Made by a program: the position numbers and the translations under genes | Origin: Octopus vulgaris | Taxonomy: Eukaryota | Reading direction: 5' to 3' | NCBI GenBank assembly: GCA_951406725.2 | Contig: OX597826.1 | Coordinates: 82,088,001-82,152,000, forward strand | DNA: 64,000 bases | Notes under the pieces: generated by a model | What the model saw: only the letters and a program-made list of their open reading frames with translations | What the model was told of the DNA's origin: nothing | Database searches by the model: none | In this document: positions 54,515-64,000 of the stretch, in pieces | Layout: each line of letters starts with the position of its first letter | Numbering within the stretch: the stretch's first letter is position 1

Positions 54515-54782
54515 AACAGAAGATGAGGGATGAGGTAGAGAGAAAGTTATAATAGTAAAAGAATGATGTGGAAGAGAGAGAGAGAGAAATATGGTTGTGG
54601 TGATGGTTGTCGTTGGTGGAAGAGAAAGAAGTTAAAATCTGAGATGAGTAACCCCCCCCCGCCACACACACAGACATGTATTTTTGATAACTGTTTGACT
54701 CAGTCCCACATGACTGAATGTTTTGTAGGCGCATAGGCAAGTCCATCTCACCAGATGTATGTAAGTATACATGCATATGTAT

Positions 54783-54818
<36 letters not shown>

Positions 54819-54877
54819 CAAAAATAAGTTTCTTCCGGAGTCGTATAGATTCATAAAGGCCAGTCTCCCGGTTTTCG

Positions 54878-54960
<83 letters not shown>

Positions 54961-54962
<2 letters not shown>

Positions 54963-55170
54963 GTTAATCCAAACAAGAAAGCACAAAAAACACAACGCGA
55001 GGACGTGGAACAAATATAGTATTATTGGACGCTCAGGAAAGAAGGAAAGAAGGAGGGTTTAACGTTTCGAGCGGAGCTCTTCGTCGGAAACATAGGAGAA
55101 GGAAAGATCCAGAGAAGGGAAGACAGAGGGAAAAAAATCGCCAACGGTACACACGAGGTCACATTTTGAA
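54961..55170 (-). mobile_element. H1 mini-element, full length (hammerhead U4C variant at 55057-55091)
   Basis: Minus strand GTTT-CCGACGA-A-GAGCTCCGCTC-GAAACGTT-AAAC. (TA)n on both flanks. Confidence 0.88.
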
Positions 55171-55182
55171 TATATATATATA

Positions 55183-55587
55183 TTGATAAAGACGTTAAGA
55201 CAACAAAAGAAAAAAAAAGACCTCGATATTATGTAAATAGAGAAATTTATCAGGAAATGTAATATGAGACAATTATTCGGTAGCCATGATAAAACTCCGA
55301 GTTTCGGATGCCGAGGTGGAAAGGTATGAACAGACGCACTTACGCGAATACTATGAACTTTTTACCCCCTTACTTTACTCCCTTACTTAGCGGTCATTCG
55401 AATAGCTCTTGTCTTAACAACGGTCAATCACACAGTAATTTCCCTTTGTATAACGGTCATTTTTCACAGCATTTTTCCGATGGCCGGATAACTGAAGAAA
55501 TGGCGGCGTGGATTTCCATCTCGGCATCCGAAACTCGGAGTTTTATCATGGCTACCGAATAATTGTCACATATTACATTTACAGATA
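55183..55587 (+). mobile_element. Inverted pseudo-LTR-like element (family H3), ~75-bp near-perfect inverted arms
   Basis: 55248-55322 is the reverse complement of 55513-55587 with about 4 mismatches. Flanked by (TA)n. Confidence 0.8.
55481..55554 (+). ncRNA. Type I hammerhead ribozyme motif with extended stems I and II
   Basis: TGGCC-G-GATAA-CTGAAGA-[31-nt stem II hairpin]-GAAA-CTC-G-GAG-T-T-TTATC-AT-GGCTA. Perfect 5-bp stem I plus a distal helix. Base of stem II is imperfect. Confidence 0.7.
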
Positions 55588-55597
55588 TATATATGTA

Positions 55598-55639
<42 letters not shown>

Positions 55640-55667
55640 TCTCGGAAACCGGGAAATTGGACGGTTT

Positions 55668-55801
55668 TTGCCAGTTGAGTGGAGTAGAGCAACGTGAAAT
55701 GAAATGTTTTGCTCAAGAACAAAATGCGTCGCCCAGTCTAGGAATCGAAACCACAATCATATTATCATGAGTCTATCACCCTAACCACTAAGCCATGCAC
55801 C
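55668..55801 (-). mobile_element. SINE family B-related head fragment
   Basis: TTTTTGCCAGTTGAGTGG..GTGAAATGAAATGTTTTGCTCAAG..GGAATCGAAACC..CCCTAACCACTAAGCCA. Confidence 0.75.
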
Positions 55802-56008
55802 CTCATACACACACACACACGTTACAGGTTGTTAGTTATGGTCAGTCTGCGAGTGATCATTGGTTTCGTACATTCAAAGTTCTTAGCCGTATGAACGTTC
55901 AGTGTATGAAGCCAATGGCCACTCGCAGACTGACCATTACTAACAAGCTTTTAAATATTACTGCTCTAAAATTGTAAAGTACTTTTCTTTTCAGATTTAT
56001 GAAGTACT

Positions 56009-56009
56009 G

Positions 56010-56044
<35 letters not shown>

Positions 56045-56171
56045 CATATATATATACATATACATATATATATATACATATACATATATATATACATATT
56101 CATATATATATACATATTCATATATATATATATACATATACATATATATATACATATTCATATATATATAC

Positions 56172-56204
<33 letters not shown>

Positions 56205-56231
56205 CATATATATATACATATATATATATAC

Positions 56232-56262
<31 letters not shown>

Positions 56263-56263
56263 C

Positions 56264-56316
<53 letters not shown>

Positions 56317-56337
56317 TATATACATATATATATATAC

Positions 56338-56401
<64 letters not shown>

Positions 56402-56426
56402 ATATATGTATATATATATATATATA
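56009..56426. repeat. ~420-bp interrupted (TA)n/(TACA) array
   Basis: Read directly. Abuts the 3' end of an H1 element. Confidence 0.97.
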
Positions 56427-56600
56427 TAGTTAATCCAAAAAGAAAACACAAAAAAACACAACAACGCGAGGACGTGGAACAAATATAGTATTATTGGACG
56501 CTCAGGAAAGAAGGGAAGAAGGAGGGTTTAACGTTTCGAGCGGAGCTCTTCGTCGGAAACATAGAGAAGGAAAGATCCAGAGAAGGGAAGACAGAGGAAA
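56427..56600 (-). mobile_element. H1 mini-element (hammerhead U4C variant at 56526-56560)
   Basis: Nearly identical to the 54961 copy. (TA)n flanks. Confidence 0.88.
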
Positions 56601-56628
56601 TATATATGTGTGTGTATGTATGCATATT

Positions 56629-56662
<34 letters not shown>

Positions 56663-56865
56663 TGTATGTATGTATAGAATTTAATAGAACCTAGGCAGAT
56701 GAACACGCAGGGTGCCAGTTACAGCTAGGAACAATAACATAGGGTTCATAGTGGGGTAAAACAATGAACGTATCAAGTGTTGGCAGGATATGTAAGCACC
56801 AAACCCAATAAAAACAGGGTTGGTTCCAGGTAGCAACAAGAAATAGAACACAAAATGTGTTTAAA

Positions 56866-56948
56866 ATTCCTGACAGTTGTTTCGGTAAAACTTTATTGAT
56901 GCATTCATAGATTACATCATAACATATGAGAGATCGTCTTCAGGTAAA
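56866..56948 (-). ncRNA. Hammerhead-like motif with long stem II insert (family H4)
   Basis: Minus strand TTTAC-CTGAAGA-CGATC..TGATGTAA..CATCAATAAAG..ACC-GAAA-CAACTG-TC-AGGAA. Insert shared with 22956-23005. Stem I pairs poorly. Confidence 0.45.
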
Positions 56949-57092
56949 GTGTTCAACAGGTATCAAACAGGTGAGGTGATACACCAGGTGTGACGAATCC
57001 AATCAACATTGCTGGATAAAATTTAAATCCCATTTATGCTCTCTCTCTCTGAGTGTGTGTGTATGTGTTGTATATACATCTATATGTATATA

Positions 57093-57290
57093 GCCACGAT
57101 AGATCGTTAACCACTACAGACATTTTTTCTCTTCTTGTTTCTCTCCTTGTTTTTTCTGTGTCCCTTTCTGTAGAAGAGAGTAGGCTCGAAACGTAAAAGA
57201 CTTTTTCTATTCCTCAGCGTTATACTAATACATCTGTTTGTTTTGTACACCATCTGTCTTCATCCTTTGTTTTTTTCGTAAACTCTCCCT
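57093..57290 (+). mobile_element. H2 mini-element, full length
   Basis: GCCACGATAGATCGTTAACCACTA..CTTT-CTGTAGA-A-GAGA-GTAG-GCTC-GAAACGTA-AAAG at 57164-57199, then the H2 tail. Confidence 0.8.
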
Positions 57291-57674
57291 GTATGTATGC
57301 ATATATCTACACACACACACACACACACATATGTGTATATACAAACATATACACATGTACAAATACACAACTTGAGAACTTAGTTATAACAAATGAGTCT
57401 GTTCCTGGCCAATTGACATTAGAACGAAACAAATATGACAAACCTTTAAACGCGCACACAAACCAAGCACTCGCTCATACGCAGTTACACACGTGCACAA
57501 AAGTAACTTCGAAGTCACAATCACTAATAATACAAAGGAGACAGAGTCTACCTGCTCCGAGTCCTTCAACCAGTAAATGTTATTTTTTTTTATGTATGTA
57601 AACATCGCAATCTTTACATTATTTATGATTTTGCGTGCGCAGGTACACATATATGTAAACATACATACATCAAT

Positions 57675-57744
<70 letters not shown>

Positions 57745-58050
57745 CAATGAATGTATATACGTTGAGGAGGGAAGGAAAGAACTTGTGGGAATGTGTGTGA
57801 GAGAAAGGGAAGTGAGAAAGAGATAGATGGAGAGAGAGAGAGAAGGTAAGAGAGAAAGTGAGTGAAAGAGAGAAAAAAAATAGAAGAGGGTGAGTGAGGC
57901 GGGAATATGTCCCAAACGGGAGAAATGAAGTTGGTTTAGTTGAGAATTATATGGAGCGGAATGAACCTGCTAAGATTTTACTGCAGCATCGCAGAGTTTA
58001 TAGCAATGGAAGGTCAGTTGATAACTAGTTAGAAAGATAAATTGACAGAT

Positions 58051-58119
<69 letters not shown>

Positions 58120-58629
58120 TATACAGACATATAATTAGTTAGAGAGATTAGTTAAGTAATACTAGACGCACGTGAGTTTGTATGTGTATAAACACACCCG
58201 TATTCAAAATCTACCCAAAATACAAATGGGAAACTCATATTCCGATGTCTAGGATTATGTAAACATACAAACATTGGAAGATAAAATAAGATAGACATAC
58301 AAGACGCATAGCATATGCATGCGTCCATTTGATACACACATGTATATGCATGTGTGTCTATGCACTCATAAATGTCAAAATATATATTTAATTGCGACTA
58401 GTCTAGAAGACGTATATATATATACACTTAGAGAACGTTTCAGCTAATTAGAAATTATTTGAATCGAAGATCATTAACAATGTGAAATAAAGTCAAAGGA
58501 TAAGCATTCTCCACTCGAATAACCATATAACAATAGGTGTAGGTTTACAATACAGCAAACTTTCCGTCATCGGCATGCGCACTGGCCCTCTCAAACGCAC
58601 ACGTGTCTGTGCAAATATCTATGCGTGTA

Positions 58630-58667
<38 letters not shown>

Positions 58668-58668
<1 letters not shown>

Positions 58669-58857
58669 TCTTTAACTTGTTTCAGTCATTTGACTGTGGT
58701 CATGCTGGAGCACGGACTTTAGTCGACCGTAAACGTAGTACTTATTCTATCTGTCTCTTTTGTTGAACCGCTAAGTAACGGGGACGTAAAGACACTATCA
58801 TCGGTTGTCAAGTGATGTTGGGATGCTAGGGGGACAAAAACAGACACACAAACATAG

Positions 58858-58898
<41 letters not shown>

Positions 58899-59066
58899 CA
58901 TACATATATACGACGGGCTTCTTTCAGTTTCCATCTACTAAATCGTCTCACAAGGCTTTGGTCGGCCCGAGGCTATAGTAGAAGACACTTGCCCAAGGTT
59001 CCACGCAGTGGGACTGAACCTGGAACCATGTGGTTCGTAAGCAAGCTACTTACCACACAGCCCACT

Positions 59067-59068
<2 letters not shown>
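58668..59068 (-). mobile_element. SINE family A
   Basis: Reverse complement of family A with a small internal deletion near the tail. Confidence 0.92.
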
Positions 59069-59113
<45 letters not shown>

Positions 59114-59212
59114 TCTTTCTTTTCTCTTATCAAAGAAAATATTTCTCCAGCGTTCGGTATTAGTAGTTTGTTTCCGTTCGGTTTCCTTGTATGTCTCCAC
59201 TGTCCTTTTTTC

Positions 59213-59437
59213 TCCCAACTTTGATCCTCCATAAATCCAAAATTTTATTTTGGTACTTATGAAAGTAACTGTCTTCGAAGACTCATATTGTCGTTCAATG
59301 CTCGAAATAAGGAGTAGATAGACAGCCGACAACTGATGAAGGGCCTTTCTTTATGCTACTTGTCCTGTTTTCCATTTGCTTCTCTCATTTGTTGTCGTAT
59401 TTCATGTTGTATACTGTTGGTGACGTCCTGTACCCAT
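59213..59437 (+). mobile_element. Dispersed repeat family H5 with decayed hammerhead-like motif
   Basis: CTGTCT-TCGAAGA-CTCATATTG-TCGTT-CAATGCTC-GAAA-TAAGGAG-TA-GAT-AGACAG. Sibling at 20.8 kb. Confidence 0.55.
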
Positions 59438-59451
59438 ATATGCATATTACG

Positions 59452-59490
<39 letters not shown>

Positions 59491-59496
59491 TATTTA

Positions 59497-59548
<52 letters not shown>

Positions 59549-59576
59549 TATATTATTTATATTATATATATATATA

Positions 59577-59990
59577 GGCACAGGAGTGGCTGTGTGGTAA
59601 GTAGCTTGTTTACCAACCATATGGTTCCGGGTTCTGTTCCACTGCGTGGCACCTTGGCCAAGTGTCTTCTACTATAGCCCCGGGCCGACCAAAGCCTTGT
59701 GAGTGGATTTGGTAGACGGAAACTGAAAGAAGCCTGTCGTATATATGTATATATATATATGTGTGTGTGTATGTGTTTGTGTGTCTGTGTTGTCCCCCTA
59801 GCATTGCTTGACAACCGATGCTGGTGTGTTTACGTCCCCGTCACTTAGCGGTTCAGCAAAAGAGACCGATAGAATAAGTACTGGGCTTACAAAGAATAAG
59901 TCCCGGGGTCTATTTGCTCGACTAAAAGGCGGTGCTCCAGCATGGCTGTATTCAAATGACTGAAACAAGTAAAAGAATAAAGAGTAAAGA
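59577..59990 (+). mobile_element. SINE family A, full length
   Basis: GGCACAGGAGTGGCTGTGTGGTAAG..GGTTCTGTTCC..GGCGGTGCTCCAGCATGG..GAAACAAGTAAAAGAATAAAGAG. Confidence 0.93.
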
Positions 59991-60109
59991 GATATATATA
60001 CATATATGCATATACATATACATATATACACACACTCGCATATAAATTGGAGATATATGATTTCTATAGCATTGTGTGTGCGTGTTTCTATTCAACATAA
60101 CTTGACACA

Positions 60110-60290
60110 AAACATATCGTCAAAAATTCTTTCTCCATTTATCTGTCTAATAATTCGAAGAAGAACTAAAGCTCGAAACGTCAAACATAGCCTCACTCTT
60201 TCAACTTTCTATTGATCCGTTATCTTTTAGTTGCTGTTCCTTTCTACTTTATCTTGAGTCGTTATTTTCGTCATTAATTTTGAACTCGTC
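60110..60290 (+). mobile_element. Old H1/H2-related element with decayed hammerhead
   Basis: TCGAAGA-A-GAAC-TAAA-GCTC-GAAACGTC-AAAC at 60155-60186, pyrimidine-rich tail, TA-rich sequence downstream. Confidence 0.5.
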
Positions 60291-61004
60291 CATATATTTA
60301 TATATATAGACAGAAGCCTATATACATATATATTTAGATACGTACATGTGGTGCGCGCGCGACTGTGTAGAGGCGCACTCACTTTTCCCATATCCCCAAA
60401 TCTCAACCCGAACTGAAGCAGACACTTGTTTTTTTTATTTATATATTTCTCTTCATCTAAGTGGGACACATCATAAGTGATACACACACCGCTTTTTGAC
60501 TGCTGGGCCACTAACCTCAAGACAGCGGATTTTCATTTTGTTTTTCTTTTTCATGGGACCTAAATTAGTTGAAGAACAGCGGAAGTTAGAGAAGCAAACG
60601 GCTGACTGTGGATGCAGTGCAGATTCTCTCACGATTCTGTGGCTACAATCTCTCTTTTGTTTCTACTCATACACAGGCAAGAAGGCGCGCGCGCACACGC
60701 ACACACACACACACTCCATACACACAACAAACATAGGTGCATACACATACATACACTAATATACAAACACACACATATATACATAGATATATATAGAAAA
60801 AAAGGTACATATATATGTATGTGTGTGTGTGCATGTATGTGTGTGCGCGTGTGTAAATCATACACAAACACACACATTCACACAAACACACACATTGACA
60901 CAAACACTCATGTACTTCAACAAGTTCAACGCTTTTATTTGTACTTTCACAAATTGGTTTTGTTTTAAAAGTTATTCTTCTATAAAGTCAGACAAAAACT
61001 ATTA

Positions 61005-61069
<65 letters not shown>

Positions 61070-61427
61070 CAGCTTCCATAAATAATGTAGATAAACACAC
61101 ACTGACACAAGCACAGATACACATAAACACACATTCAAATGCGTACACACTCACACACTTTCTTTGATGTTACAGATTGGACACAGTTCAAATCTTATGT
61201 CAAGTTTTAAAGAAAAAAAGTCTCAGTTCCCCTGAAAACCTTTTAAACGATAAATCATTAAGAAACGTAATTACTGTCTTCTCATAATCGTTTCATATTT
61301 AATGTGCAGAAGCTAAGAAGTGAGAGGGGAAACACACGGCCGAGGAAAAGGAAAGGAATATTTCCATACCAGGATATACAAACACAATGGAAAATATATA
61401 CAGCAACAAAAGTATTTCCATTAATAT

Positions 61428-61459
<32 letters not shown>

Positions 61460-61578
61460 AAGTGGATATCTTAGTCCAATTTCGTAATTGTTTGAGCAAC
61501 AACCAACCCCAACACCCTACAATTTTCAAGAACGAAAGTTTATCTGCATACACAAGTGTCTGAGTTCTCTGTGAGAGG

Positions 61579-61647
<69 letters not shown>

Positions 61648-61662
61648 CTATATATATATATG

Positions 61663-61696
<34 letters not shown>

Positions 61697-62068
61697 TGTA
61701 TGTATGTATAGATAGAGAGAGGGAAAGGGTTATAAGATGTGTGATTATGTTTGTGTGTGTGTGTGTGTTTGGTTTATTTTGCTACCCTTCGAAAGTTAAC
61801 CACAGACATTTCACCGGCGTTGCTGCTGGGCCGAGGCATATTCTTCTGCCATATATATGTGTGTGTGTGTGTGTGTGAATAAAAAGTAGGGGAATGAAAA
61901 TTAGGACAGTATAATGCATGTATACATCTATACACATTTATGTAAGTATGTATGTATGCATGTGTCCAGATGATTGCATGCTTAGTGCCTACGTGTAACA
62001 TACTTATGTGTATGAAGCATACGTATATATATATGTGTGTGCGTGTGTGTGACTATATATGAATGTAA

Positions 62069-62108
<40 letters not shown>

Positions 62109-62125
62109 GTCTATAAGAGATATAT

Positions 62126-62160
<35 letters not shown>

Positions 62161-62308
62161 TATGTATGTGTGTGTGTGTGTTTGTATACAGACACAAACA
62201 AATTTTCTATAGATATGATAAATTTAAGTGGACTCTATGAGTGCGTATGATTGAGGGATACTTTTATTCGTCAAGGAAATAGATGCTCGGAGCATGCAAA
62301 TAATGATG

Positions 62309-62346
<38 letters not shown>

Positions 62347-62562
62347 CCGTGTGTGTGTGTATATATATACACGCACACATTGACACATATATATATATAT
62401 ATACACATACACATATACATACATACATACATATATATATATACACATATACATACATACATATATATATATGTATATGATTGTCTTCAGTTCTATATAT
62501 TAATATCTGTATATGTGTATGTATATATGTATATATTTATACTTGTATACATGTTTGTAGAT

Positions 62563-62627
<65 letters not shown>

Positions 62628-62693
62628 TCACAAATTTTCATAGATAAATAGATATATACACGTCTATATCTCTCTCTATATATATATGGCTGT

Positions 62694-62763
<70 letters not shown>

Positions 62764-63336
62764 ATGTATATACTCTATACACGTCGACATAAACACTCTC
62801 CCAGCTTCACTCGTATTCATGAAATGACGATCAGTAGAACACAATCCTTCCACTTACCTCAAAACTCCAAAACTGAAGAACTTCGCCGAAGAAACGAATC
62901 CAAAAATGGTGTAAATCTTTCCTTTAAATCGAAAAGCTTTCTCCTTAAGGAAATTTGGCTTCTTCCTCACACCCTTTCTGCTTTTCTACTTCTCTACACT
63001 CTCTTCTTCCGCACACACACCCTCTCTTTCGCTTTCTCTATCTACTTCCCCCACACACAGCTTTCTGCTTTCTCCACACACACACACTCTCTCTCTCTCT
63101 GTCTCTAAATGTCTCCCTCACTCTCTTTCTCTGGCACTCTCCCCCTTTCACCCTTTCACCCTCTCACTCTGTCATGCTATGTTTCGGCCTCTTCCGAAAT
63201 ACAAGTATTTTATTTTTTTTTTCTTGTTTCTGATTCTTTTTACTTTGTTTTCCCCCACCAAAGGTTTTCAACTTCAATTCAGAATATCCTACATACTACA
63301 TACACGCATACTAACATAAGTAATACACACACACAC

Positions 63337-63475
<139 letters not shown>

Positions 63476-63478
63476 ATG

Positions 63479-63545
<67 letters not shown>

Positions 63546-63546
63546 T

Positions 63547-63608
<62 letters not shown>

Positions 63609-64000
63609 ATTCTGTTTTGTTTATCTTTTTGTGTGTTCCTTTCTTATTTGAGAATTCTTAGTATTGTTACTGTTGTTGTTGTTGTTGCTGATGCGATTGT
63701 CTTTCTCCTTTGTTGTTTATGGCGTTAATTAAGACTTCTTCTATGATTTTATTATTGAGTCACCTACACACACACACACAGAAGATATATAAGTATACAC
63801 ACACACACACATACACACACACATATATATATATATATATGTATGTCTGTAGGATATTTTTAGTTAATAATCAAAACTCCGGCACTATTTTCATTACTTT
63901 CGGTCTCTGATCTTTGCATCTCTGCCGTTTGGTCCGGCCGCATCTTTTATTTCTTCATTTTATAACATACATTCTATTGTTGTTATATTGGAGTAAATGT

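Overview
AT-rich eukaryotic DNA saturated with microsatellites and with no intact protein-coding gene that I can support. The SINE repertoire and repeat density resemble an octopus or other coleoid cephalopod intron or intergenic region (inference, not a database result). Most ORFs in the track are translations of (TA)n, (CA)n, (GA)n or (TCTA)n. Recognisable content: several tRNA-derived SINE families, a complete non-autonomous Helitron, a mariner deletion derivative with long TIRs, a hAT-type MITE with an 8-bp TSD, and decayed LINE fragments (RTE-like, R4/NeSL-like, Penelope-like). The main signal is about 14 type I hammerhead-ribozyme-like motifs (CUGANGA, stem II, GAAA, palindromic stem III, UH) from at least 5-6 sequence families. 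They sit in ~200-bp (TA)n-anchored mini-elements or in inverted or tandem pseudo-LTR-like structures, alongside relics of Penelope RT, linker and GIY-YIG coding sequence. Several long near-perfect hairpins are also present. All folds and protein similarities were read by eye.
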